44,451 bases of DNA from Candidatus Desulfatibia sp. GTDB lineage: Bacteria > Desulfobacterota > Desulfobacteria > Desulfobacterales > UBA11574. Positions 29,953-38,966 of the stretch are shown piece by piece. Each line of letters opens with the position of its first letter. Positions within the stretch are counted from its first letter, which is position 1. A model generated the notes under the pieces. That model was given only the letters and a program-made list of their open reading frames with translations, was not told the origin of the DNA and searched no databases. The position numbers were made by a program, and so were the translations under genes. Location: the NCBI RefSeq assembly GCF_036446775.1, contig NZ_JAZFTO010000305.1, positions 1 through 44,451 of the forward strand. The letters run 5' to 3'.

Positions 29953-30420
29953 CTAGTCGTCATCCACTTTCCAGTAGGGCTTCTCGGCCTCCCAGCTCTC
30001 CATAATTTCCGCCGGCGGACGAACCACCACCGCCTTGCATTCGGCGGTGAGCGTCCCGTCAGGAAGACGGATCTCGCCGGCAACCTTGGCCCGGTTTGCA
30101 CTCTGCTTGATCACCCGGCCGGTCGCCGTCAACGGTATGTCGGTTGGGGTCGGGCGGCGAAACAAGACCTCCAGTTTCAAAGCAACCATCAGTGCATCTT
30201 GGCCGGACTTCAGCATGATGGCCCGTCCGGACGTCTCATCAAGTATGGCGGCAACGATGCCGCCATGAACAACCCCGGGATAGCCGTTAAAATGCTCGGG
30301 AACCGTCACTGTAGCCCGCACTTGCTGAGCATCGTGATCTTCGTACCAACTCATCTTTAACGAAATATCATTTTGACGACCACACAAAAAACACGTTCGC
30401 GAGTTTGCCTGTTTCTTCAT
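29953..30420 (-). CDS. PaaI-family hotdog-fold thioesterase
   Basis: CFLCG..N, GYPGVVHGGIVAAILDE; start ATG 30420 (the ORF-track extension is repeat-derived). Confidence 0.92.
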   Translation of the reverse strand: MKKQANSRTCFLCGRQNDISLKMSWYEDHDAQQVRATVTVPEHFNGYPGVVHGGIVAAILDETSGRAIMLKSGQDALMVALKLEVLFRRPTPTDIPLTATGRVIKQSANRAKVAGEIRLPDGTLTAECKAVVVRPPAEIMESWEAEKPYWKVDDD

Positions 30421-30424
30421 ATTA

Positions 30425-30663
30425 CAGACCTCGTTATTCAACTTATATAAATAGCCGTAGACCTTTAGATACCATAGGATTGCACATAAATTGGACACCA
30501 GGCCGGTCTGGGTTCTGGGTTCAGCGTTCTGCGTTCTGCGTTCTGGGTTCAACGTTCTGCGTTCTGGGTTCTGCGTTCTGCGTTCTGCGTTCTGCGTTAA
30601 CCTCTGAACCTTTGAACCTCTGAACCCTTGAACCTATGAACCCTGAACCCCTGAACGGTTACA
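30425..30663. repeat. MITE-like copy C (left end only) fused to a GTTCTGC-array / GTTAAC / TGAACC-array
   Basis: CAGACCTCGT...ccgtagaccttta...ggattgca...aaattggaca...cggtctgggtt as in copy A, followed by tandem heptamers and octamers. Confidence 0.85.
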
Positions 30664-30679
30664 GTTTTTCTAAAAGCCC

Positions 30680-30706
30680 TTAAGTTTTGGGAAAATGTTC
30701 CGATAT
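30680..30706 (+). promoter_or_regulatory. Sigma28 (FliA)-like promoter upstream of the hybrid kinase
   Basis: TTAAGTTT-N11-TCCGATAT. Confidence 0.5.
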
Positions 30707-30846
30707 CATTGGTGGCGGATTTCAACCCGGATTGCTTGCGGATTAATCCCTGTCTGGCCAGGACCGAGTATCTTAAGCCGCATAGCGGTCAAAATTCAAC
30801 ATCTATCAATATACACAACCTTGACATATATACTTTGGATAAAGCA

Positions 30847-33252
30847 ATGGCAAGACCGATAGAAAACAATTTGTGTAAATCCATTTTGGTCGTTGATGAT
30901 GAAAAGATGATTCAAAGGCATATGCGAAGCATGCTGGAAGGGATCGGCTGCACCTGTGAAGTCGCCTCTAATGCTTCTGAAGCCCTCAAGATCCTTAACA
31001 GCCACACTTTCGATATGGTAATTTCTGATATTAGCATGCCGGAAATGGATGGTATCCAGTTGATGAAAAAAGCCAAAGAGTCTTTTCCGGATTTAGACTT
31101 TATCATCATGACAGGCCATTCGCATGATTACACTTACGTTGACATTATAGATGCCGGAGCTGCCGATTATCTGAACAAGCCTTTTGAATCAAAGGAATTA
31201 AAGGCCAGGATGGGACGGATCATAAGGGAGAAGAGCATATACGACCAGCTTGAAAACGCCATTGCCAAAGCCAATGAAATGGCCGTAGAAGCCCAAATCG
31301 CCAGCATCGCCAAGAGCGAATTTATTGCCAATATGAGCCATGAGGTCCGGACCCCCATGAACGGCGTGATCGGCATGGCGGAACTGCTGCTTGGCACCGA
31401 TCTTGATCGGCAGCAGCGCGAATATGCCGTCGCTGTTCAGAAAAGTGCCGGCCTTCTGCTACGGATTATCAACGATATTTTGGATTATTCAAAAATTGAA
31501 GCCGGAAAATTAGACTTAGAAATGATCGACTTTGATCTGCGTGTCACTCTGGAAGATGTGACTGATTTGATGGCTCAAAACGCTTATAAAAAGGGTCTGG
31601 AATTTAGTTGCACGATCCACCCCGAGGTCCCATCCTTGCTATGGGGTGATCCCGGGCGGTTGCGGCAGGTTCTGCTTAATCTCATCAGCAATGCAATAAA
31701 ATTCACGGAAACCGGCCAAATCAAAATTCATATAACTTTGGATAAAGAGACCAGTAAAAGAGCCTTGGTCAGGTTCTCTATTCAGGATACGGGAATCGGC
31801 ATCCCTGCTAGTCGCATGAACTTTCTTTTTCAATCTTTCTCCCAAATAGACGCTTCAACAACGCGCAAGTATGGCGGTAGCGGTCTTGGGCTTGCCATTT
31901 CAAAACAACTGGCAGAAATAATGGGGGGTCAAATCGGAGTTGAAAGCAAACAGAGAAAAGGCTCTATCTTCTGGTTTACGGCGGACTTTGAAAAACAGCC
32001 GGAGACCGTCGCGGAGCTCCCTGAATTTCTGGCGGACATTAAAGGAAAACGAGTTCTTGCAATTGATAACAACCCCGAAAATTTGCTTGTTCTTGGTGAT
32101 TATTTGCAATCATGGGGATGTCAATACAGCGGCGCTTCCGGCGCTTATGAAGCCCTATCCCTGTTACACCAGGCAGTTGCAGACGGAGCTGCGTTCGACC
32201 TGGCGATCCTCGATCAGGTGATGCCGGATATGGACGGAGAAACACTTGGGCAAACCATCAAAGCTGACCCTGTATTAAAGGAAACTCGACTTGTAATGCT
32301 TACGTCTCAGGCTCAGCGCGGTGATGCTGCCCGGGTTAAGGAAGTCGGTTTTGACGCATACCTTCCAAAACCACTCGAGCGCTTAGTTATTTTCGACTGT
32401 CTGGTCGCAGTGCTTGCCAAAAAGCCAAATCAACATTTGACAGGACGGCAACCGGCCTTTGTCACCCGCCACACCCTGGCCGAATCAAAGAGACGCCGGG
32501 TCCGCATTTTACTTGCTGAAGACAATGAAATCAATCAAAAGCTGGCCGTTTCGATATTGAAAAAAATTGGCTGCCGTGTCGATGTTGCTGCCAATGGCAG
32601 AGAGGCAATTGAAGCCCTCGAAAAAAGTTCCTACAACGTTGTCTTGATGGATATACGCATGCCGGAGATGGATGGTCTTGAAGCCACTCGGATTATCCGT
32701 GATCCGCAATCCAAAGTCCGCAACCATGATATCCCCATCATCGCCGTAACCGCCAGCACCTTGACCGGAGACCGGGAACTTTTCCTGAAGGCGGGTATGA
32801 ATGACTATATTTCAAAACCGATAGATTCCCAAAAATTTCTTGCAATTATCGCAAAGTATACAGCAGATGCAGATGCGGCCAACCACAAAACCGCTGACAG
32901 CATAGAGCAAGATAAAGCAGATATCTTCAATAAAGATGAATTGCTGAACCGAACGGGGGGTGATAAAGAACTCTTGGAGGAACTTTTAAACCTGTTTCTG
33001 AAGAATTTTCCGGACCAGCTGCAAGCATTGAAACAGGCCCTGCAAAATAACGATACTGAGCAAGTAACCCACCAGGCACATACCATCAGGGGCGCGTCGG
33101 CAAATTTGGGGGCATACGCACTGAAAAATGCAGCGTTGAGCATGGAAACGGCCGGAAAGGATAATGATCCGGTCCTGGCCCAGGCAGCCCTTAAGCAACT
33201 TGAGAGTGAATTCGAAAAATTTCAGACGGTCGTATCCAATCTGAATTTTTAA
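30847..33252 (+). CDS. Cytoplasmic hybrid histidine kinase REC-HisKA-HATPase-REC-REC-HPt
   Basis: DISMPEMDG; SHEVRTP; NAIKFT, DTGIGI, GSGLGL; DQVMPDMDG; DIRMPEMDG; AHTIRGAS; no TM; start probably 30847. Confidence 0.95.
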   Translation: MARPIENNLCKSILVVDDEKMIQRHMRSMLEGIGCTCEVASNASEALKILNSHTFDMVISDISMPEMDGIQLMKKAKESFPDLDFIIMTGHSHDYTYVDIIDAGAADYLNKPFESKELKARMGRIIREKSIYDQLENAIAKANEMAVEAQIASIAKSEFIANMSHEVRTPMNGVIGMAELLLGTDLDRQQREYAVAVQKSAGLLLRIINDILDYSKIEAGKLDLEMIDFDLRVTLEDVTDLMAQNAYKKGLEFSCTIHPEVPSLLWGDPGRLRQVLLNLISNAIKFTETGQIKIHITLDKETSKRALVRFSIQDTGIGIPASRMNFLFQSFSQIDASTTRKYGGSGLGLAISKQLAEIMGGQIGVESKQRKGSIFWFTADFEKQPETVAELPEFLADIKGKRVLAIDNNPENLLVLGDYLQSWGCQYSGASGAYEALSLLHQAVADGAAFDLAILDQVMPDMDGETLGQTIKADPVLKETRLVMLTSQAQRGDAARVKEVGFDAYLPKPLERLVIFDCLVAVLAKKPNQHLTGRQPAFVTRHTLAESKRRRVRILLAEDNEINQKLAVSILKKIGCRVDVAANGREAIEALEKSSYNVVLMDIRMPEMDGLEATRIIRDPQSKVRNHDIPIIAVTASTLTGDRELFLKAGMNDYISKPIDSQKFLAIIAKYTADADAANHKTADSIEQDKADIFNKDELLNRTGGDKELLEELLNLFLKNFPDQLQALKQALQNNDTEQVTHQAHTIRGASANLGAYALKNAALSMETAGKDNDPVLAQAALKQLESEFEKFQTVVSNLNF

Positions 33253-33536
33253 AATTGACCCATTCTATTCGAAGGGTCTCGTCATTAGAAAAAGTTGCTT
33301 GTCGGCCTAAATCGTCAAAGAATTAGTCATACGGCGTCAATTTGATGACGATTATGAGAAACTCTCTAAGGTCTGCCGCAGCAGGCCGTCCCGTCGAGCA
33401 GGATCACCATGTCAAGGAGCTTGTAATTTGTATTACGCTCACCCCTCCCCTATCCCCATAAAAACAGGAAGTTAAGACACTTTCTTGGCTTTCCGGATTC
33501 AATCGGGGGGCCAGGTGGCAATAGGGGCAAACAATG

Positions 33537-33552
33537 TGGCACATTTCTTGAA
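33537..33552 (+). promoter_or_regulatory. Sigma54-like -24/-12 promoter
   Basis: TGGCAC-atttc-TTGAA vs TGGCAC-N5-TTGCW, ~100 bp upstream of the small HTH gene. Confidence 0.5.
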
Positions 33553-33648
33553 AGTAAATCATTTCTAAAGATTTACTTCATTGTTGGTTTTGTAAAAAAG
33601 CTAAATATTTTACTTTTTACGAATTCATCACAAGTAAAGGAGCTGAAT

Positions 33649-33822
33649 ATGATCAAAGAGCGTCTATTGTCTGTCGAAGACATATGTCAATACCTTGGCC
33701 TCAGCCGAGACACGGTCTACAAGTGGATCGAGACCAAGGGGCTGCCAGCCTACCGCCTTGGCCGTCTCTGGAAGTTTAAAAAGGAAGATGTTGATAAATG
33801 GCTTGAGCAAAACGCGAGCTAG
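33649..33822 (+). CDS. 57-aa excisionase-like (HTH_17) DNA-binding protein
   Basis: MIKERLLSVEDICQYLGLSRDTVYKWIETKGLPAYRLGRLWKFKKEDVDKWLEQNAS; AAGGAG RBS; below the ORF-track cutoff. Confidence 0.92.
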   Translation: MIKERLLSVEDICQYLGLSRDTVYKWIETKGLPAYRLGRLWKFKKEDVDKWLEQNAS

Positions 33823-34064
33823 CCGTTCGCTTGCGATTGAACGTTACCTCACATGGCAAATTGTTCAAAAAAGTTGCCAATTAAACCCACCTTATAGATT
33901 CTGGTTGTATGGCCGGCACGCGCTATGCCTATATTGTATTTATTTTCACGATGTTATTGTCTTATTGACCCGGCCCCCTTCATTCCAGGCAAACCTATTA
34001 TCAGCGAGATTAAAAAGGACAACTTGACTGAAGTAACAAAAGTGTCTTATATCGATAAATACTT

Positions 34065-35156
34065 ATGAAGAATTTTTTTGCTTTTTTTGACGAACTCCAG
34101 ACAGCTTTAGGTCCAACATCCCCTTATCTTCAGGTTCTGCTAAAGGCCTTGTTTGCCGTCGCCGGCTCGTTTATTGTTTGGTTCATTCTAAAACGCATCC
34201 TTGCTTCTTTCAGAGTAAAAATAGAAAATTATGAATTTATCCGCATAAACCTTGAAATTTTTGATCTGATTCAAAAGGTGCTTTTCTACGGACTTATCAT
34301 TGTAGCCGGTACGTATCTGATGAGGCTGTTTGATGTTTTAATTTTGGAAAAAATATTCCATGCCTTCTTGATTATCCTCCTGGCAGCACCCTTTAATAGC
34401 TTTCTGGCAATCTTGCTGACCTATCTTGAAGATAAAGTAGCAAACCAAACCGAAACCAAAGTTGATAATATAATTTTCGACCTACTGAAAAAATTTACGG
34501 GCGCCATCATTTATGCTACCGCGGTTATCCTGGCTCTGGACATACTGGGGGTTAATGTTATGCCCTTTATTGCGGGGGCCGGAGTTGCCGGCATTGCCGT
34601 CGGTTTTGCCGCCAAAGATACCTTGTCAAACCTTATCGCCGGAATATTGCTGATTATCGACCGCCCTTTTGAAATCGGCGACCGCATCGAAATCTGGAGT
34701 GCGCCTACCGGCAGTGCCACCTGGGGAGATGTTTTATACATCGGCTTACGGGCAACAAAGATCAAAACTACGGACAACATTGTCATCATCATCCCCAACA
34801 ATGAGATCATGAAGCGCGACATCGTCAATTATACTATTATTTCATCAGAAATCAGAGTGCGGGTTAATATCGGCATTGCATATGACGCGGATATTGAAAA
34901 AGCCAAGCGTTTAATAATATCCGTGGCTGATTCGGCCGACTGGATTTCAAAGGACCCGGCACCCAAAGTGGTGGTCAGGAATTTCGGGGATTCGTCGGTA
35001 GATCTTCAGTTGAGAGTATGGATTGATGATGCCCGCAAACGCATGGATACGATTTCCTACATAACTGACAAAGTAAAAGCGACCTTCGATCAAAATGAAA
35101 TTGAGATTCCCTATCCCAAAAGAGACATTACCATTACTTACAAAGAAACCACTTGA
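34065..35156 (+). CDS. Small-conductance mechanosensitive channel (MscS family)
   Basis: GAGVAGIAVGFAAKDTLSNLIAG, DRPFEIGD, IGLRATKI, IPN, EIPYP. Confidence 0.95.
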   Translation: MKNFFAFFDELQTALGPTSPYLQVLLKALFAVAGSFIVWFILKRILASFRVKIENYEFIRINLEIFDLIQKVLFYGLIIVAGTYLMRLFDVLILEKIFHAFLIILLAAPFNSFLAILLTYLEDKVANQTETKVDNIIFDLLKKFTGAIIYATAVILALDILGVNVMPFIAGAGVAGIAVGFAAKDTLSNLIAGILLIIDRPFEIGDRIEIWSAPTGSATWGDVLYIGLRATKIKTTDNIVIIIPNNEIMKRDIVNYTIISSEIRVRVNIGIAYDADIEKAKRLIISVADSADWISKDPAPKVVVRNFGDSSVDLQLRVWIDDARKRMDTISYITDKVKATFDQNEIEIPYPKRDITITYKETT

Positions 35157-35200
35157 TTTAATAGATTTTTGGAGGTAATTATAGCCGATTTCTTTTTTAA

Positions 35201-35275
35201 ATTTGAATTCCCCGCTGCATGCTGAAGCGAAGCGGAAATCCCGCCGCAGCGGGGCAGCGCGGGATGAATTCAAAT
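35201..35275. repeat. Palindromic REP-like element with a nested hairpin
   Basis: atttgaattc...gaattcaaat ends; internal cccgc..gcggg hairpin; further hairpins to ~35360. Confidence 0.6.
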
Positions 35276-35375
35276 GAAAGATAAAATCTTTTTTAAAGAG
35301 AAAGTGCGGTGCCGCAGCCCAGAGGGCTGAGGTTTACCCGCCTGGGCGGGCAAACCTTTCGCTTATTAGAGTACT

Positions 35376-36065
35376 ATGAAACTGTCTATCAAAGAAGTCG
35401 CAAAGTGTCTTCAACTTCCGTTAAGTACTGTAGAACGCTGGATCCGCCAGGGCAGAATACCAATCCAAAAAAGCGGCAATAACCTGATATTCAACGATTC
35501 AGCCATAGAAAAATGGGCGGAAGTCCATAACCTGCCTTTTACCAAACCCCAAAAAGATAAAGCGCCGCAGGAGGGTTCCCGGCTGGAAAATCTTCTTCCT
35601 GTGATGAAACGTGGCGGTGTATTGCACAATGTAAAGGGGAGTGATGTGCCGGCAGTCCTGCAGTACGCCGTTAACAAGATGCCGGCCTTGTCTGCATCAG
35701 TCAAAATCCGGTTGTATGAACGGCTGCTTGAAAGAGAAAACCTTACCTCCACCGGTATCGGCAAAGGAGTGGCTCTCCCCCATCCCCATGATCCTCTTGC
35801 GGATATCATTGAAAAGCCTTTAATCGCCACTTGTTTTCTTGAAAAACCGATAGACTTCGCCGCCATCGACGACAAACCGGTGTTTGTCATGTTCATCCTG
35901 CTAAGCCCGACAATAAAGATTCATCTGCACCTGCTTTCAAGGCTTTCTTATTGTGTTCGCGACAACGCTTTTGTGGAATTTTTGAAAACATCTTCTGACT
36001 CAGATGCTTTTTTTTCAAAAATAGCTGACTTTGAAAAGCAACTCGATAAAGCCGATCATTATTAG
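35376..36065 (+). CDS. HTH_17 - PTS EIIA (fructose/Ntr-type) fusion protein
   Basis: LSIKEVAKCLQLPLSTVERWIRQGRIP HTH; RE.LTSTGIGKGVALPH phospho-His motif; DDKPV, HLHLLSRL. Confidence 0.93.
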   Translation: MKLSIKEVAKCLQLPLSTVERWIRQGRIPIQKSGNNLIFNDSAIEKWAEVHNLPFTKPQKDKAPQEGSRLENLLPVMKRGGVLHNVKGSDVPAVLQYAVNKMPALSASVKIRLYERLLERENLTSTGIGKGVALPHPHDPLADIIEKPLIATCFLEKPIDFAAIDDKPVFVMFILLSPTIKIHLHLLSRLSYCVRDNAFVEFLKTSSDSDAFFSKIADFEKQLDKADHY

Positions 36066-36110
36066 TTTTTATGGCGGACTTTTTTGCTTTTTGTACAAAA
36101 CTTTTTTAAT

Positions 36111-36189
36111 TGCCACTTAGACACCAAGGCACGAAGAAAGAATAATAAATATATTTTTTATGTCTTTGTGTCTTCGTGCCTTGGTGGCA
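36111..36189. repeat. Inverted octamer-array palindrome
   Basis: tgccacttagacaccaaggcacgaag...ctttgtgtcttcgtgccttggtggca. Confidence 0.8.
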
Positions 36190-36250
36190 ACTTTTTTTTG
36201 GTCCGGCTTGTCCGCTTCCGGCGGGTTGATCCGGGTTAGGTCTTGACAAT

Positions 36251-37975
36251 ATGCGCATTTTTCAATCGTGGCGCTATCCTGCAAGCTGGTCTATTTTTCG
36301 CTTAGACGACCGCCTTCTGCTTATAATTATGGCCGTTATCGTCGGCAACTGCGCCGGGTTGGCGGCAGTGGCGCTGAACCGATCACTGCTGGCCATGTTT
36401 GAATGGCTGCAGCATTTCCGCCATTACTGGTGGGCATTCACACTCCCGGCCGTGGGCGCCGCCCTCTCGTCGCTGTTTTTGGATAAGATCGTAAAAGAAG
36501 GAGCGGGACACGGTGTCCCGGAAGTTATTTACAGCGTGTCCCGCTATGGCGGACTGTTGCGGCTGCGTTCGAGTATTTCGAGGCTGATATCAAGCTGTCT
36601 TACCATCGGCAGTGGAGGATCAGCCGGCCCTGAGGCTCCGGTGGTTATGAGCGGGGCTTCCATCGGCTCCAATATAGCAAAGTTCTTCTTTTTGAACGAC
36701 CGCCAGCGGGTAACGCTTGTCGGTTGCGGCGCTGCCAGTGCTATATCTGCCATCTTCAACGCCCCCATTGCCGGAATGGTATTTGCGATTGAAGTGATCC
36801 TGGGTGAGTGGAAAGCTCTGCATATCATCCCGATTGCCATAGCATCCGTGACCGGGACTGAAATCAGCCGAATCCTGCAAGGCAACCAGATCGCCTTCAG
36901 CCACCGGCAGTTCAGCATCGACTTTACAGATATTTTAGCCTCTATAGGGCTGGCCGTACTGGCAGCCGCTGCATCTATTTTGCTGACCCGCATGCTAAGG
37001 TCCATGCATTCAATCTCAGGCAGGGTTCCGGCACCGGTATGGGTACGGGCCGCTATCGGCGGTTGCGCGGTCGGCATTGTCGGAATGTTTTTACCGGTCG
37101 TACTGGGCGAAGGCTACCATTGGATTCGTATCATGATCGAAGGTGTTTTTGCCAAGGGACTCGTATTGGTGGCTATTGCCGCCCTTGCCAAGATCCTGGC
37201 CACATCCTTGACGTTGGGTTGGGGGGGCTCCGGCGGAATATTTGCCCCCTGCCTGGTAATCGGAAGCCTGGTAGGAGTAACCTATCATCAAGGTCTTATT
37301 TTGCTGTGGCCGTCAGTATCATGGGTTAATGAAGGCTATTTTGCCTTGCTGGGAATGGCCGGTCTCATTAGCGGAATTCTCCAGGCTCCGCTTACGGGAA
37401 TTTTCCTGATTGTCGAGATTACCGGCGGCTATGAAGTTATTCTGCCGCTAATTATCGTCTCGGCAATCTCAACGACCCTCTGTCACTGGATTGAACCGGC
37501 ATCCTTTTACCTCAAGGATCTTGTTGATCTCGGGCATCTTCTCAGGCCGGGGACCGATGCCCGGGTGTTGTCTGATATGACCGTGCGTGAGCTTCTTGAA
37601 AAGGACTGCATCGCCGTTAAACAAAACATGCTGCTGCGAGAATTTATCAATATTGTACAAAAATCGCGCCGGAATTACTTTCCGGTTGAAAACGAAGCCA
37701 ACGGTCATTTCATGGGAATTATCCATTTGGACGACATTCGACCGTACCTTTTCAATCCAGTCATGTATGATACCGTATTAATAGGTCAGATTATGGATAC
37801 TAACGTTGAAGTCGTGCATCCGGACGATGATCTGTCCGAAATTCTAAGTCGTATGGATGAACAGCACCTGTTTTCCATGCCGGTAGTCGCCAACAATCGC
37901 TTTATTGGCCTGATTTCCAAGGCGACCCTGCTGGATAAATATCGCAAAGAACTAATGGTTCAGACCGCCCAATAA
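36251..37975 (+). CDS. ClC-family chloride channel/transporter with a CBS pair
   Basis: GHGVPE, GGSAGPEAP, FNAPIAG, GGIFAP, QAPLTG; C-terminal CBS domains. Confidence 0.96.
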   Translation: MRIFQSWRYPASWSIFRLDDRLLLIIMAVIVGNCAGLAAVALNRSLLAMFEWLQHFRHYWWAFTLPAVGAALSSLFLDKIVKEGAGHGVPEVIYSVSRYGGLLRLRSSISRLISSCLTIGSGGSAGPEAPVVMSGASIGSNIAKFFFLNDRQRVTLVGCGAASAISAIFNAPIAGMVFAIEVILGEWKALHIIPIAIASVTGTEISRILQGNQIAFSHRQFSIDFTDILASIGLAVLAAAASILLTRMLRSMHSISGRVPAPVWVRAAIGGCAVGIVGMFLPVVLGEGYHWIRIMIEGVFAKGLVLVAIAALAKILATSLTLGWGGSGGIFAPCLVIGSLVGVTYHQGLILLWPSVSWVNEGYFALLGMAGLISGILQAPLTGIFLIVEITGGYEVILPLIIVSAISTTLCHWIEPASFYLKDLVDLGHLLRPGTDARVLSDMTVRELLEKDCIAVKQNMLLREFINIVQKSRRNYFPVENEANGHFMGIIHLDDIRPYLFNPVMYDTVLIGQIMDTNVEVVHPDDDLSEILSRMDEQHLFSMPVVANNRFIGLISKATLLDKYRKELMVQTAQ

Positions 37976-38062
37976 AAGCGCTGCGCGATTTTATACAACC
38001 AAAGAACAAAGCATGCTGCAAAAAACCACATTTTATGGTATTATGATATTACAAATTGTCCC

Positions 38063-38917
38063 GTGCCTAACAGCATAGAGGAGATGCTAATGGATAAACA
38101 ACTATTTCATATTTTTAGGAATAATCCTCTGGGAAGAGAAACCCTGCTTCAATCGCTTTATTTTTGCAAAACTTTAAGCGTTTCTCCGGTGATTTACATC
38201 CCCCGCCACACCAAATTTTTAATGTATTTTGAAAACGATGTGGTTCAGATCGATCTCGACGGCTCCTATCTCACATTCCCGTCAACGGCCAAGATGCACG
38301 CAACCGAACTGGTAGAGCAGGCCGGCATCCAACCGAGATTTTTGGACCCAAAGCATTTCACGGCCTCTACCCTGCCGGATATTCAGACAAACTTTGATTT
38401 CATGTGCTGTCCCCGCAGCATCAGCGATCTTTCTTCTAAAATCGGACTGGGCTACATCGGTCCCAGGGTAAGGCGTATTGTGAAGTCCGCCCGGTTTCCC
38501 GTTCTGATTACAAGCCCGGTCTATAAGGAATGGAAAAGCATAGCATCCTTCTTCGGCGGATCGGCCAATGCCGTCAACGCCCTCAAACTGGGCTTGCGGC
38601 TCAGCCGAGTTTCCAACCTGCCGCTGAATGTTTTCACTCAGACGGAGAGAGGATCACGTGAAGTGTACGAAAAGGTGATAGAAACAGAAAACCTTAAAGA
38701 AGAAGTGGACCGGTATGTCAACAAATGGCACTTTTTTGAAAGCGGTGGCTTTGAAGAAAACCTCTATCAAGTTCCCCATGATGCCCTTGTAGTCCTGGGT
38801 GCTTACGGTCACGGCCTGATCAAAAATATCTTTTTTGGAAGCAAAATGGAACAGGTACAGTCCACCATTTCCAACAATTTTTTGATTGTAGGACCTAATT
38901 ACACGGTAGCCAGGTAA
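38063..38917 (+). CDS. Universal stress protein-like protein
   Basis: IGPRVRRIVKSARFPVL and LVVLGAYGHG....FFGS tandem-USP motifs; start may be ATG 38084 or 38090. Confidence 0.8.
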   Translation: MPNSIEEMLMDKQLFHIFRNNPLGRETLLQSLYFCKTLSVSPVIYIPRHTKFLMYFENDVVQIDLDGSYLTFPSTAKMHATELVEQAGIQPRFLDPKHFTASTLPDIQTNFDFMCCPRSISDLSSKIGLGYIGPRVRRIVKSARFPVLITSPVYKEWKSIASFFGGSANAVNALKLGLRLSRVSNLPLNVFTQTERGSREVYEKVIETENLKEEVDRYVNKWHFFESGGFEENLYQVPHDALVVLGAYGHGLIKNIFFGSKMEQVQSTISNNFLIVGPNYTVAR

Positions 38918-38966
38918 AAGTAAAGCATCCACAATTTAACCGCGATAGCCCCGCCCAAACCAACTT

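Noticed and set aside
30421-30623. N-terminal extension of the thioesterase and ORF 30405-30623 (also ORFs at 11626-11817, 21017-21329, 42952-43050)
   Set aside because: They are translations of non-coding repeat arrays
33649-33822. Prophage or ICE boundary marked by an excisionase
   Set aside because: No integrase, tRNA, att pair or phage genes nearby
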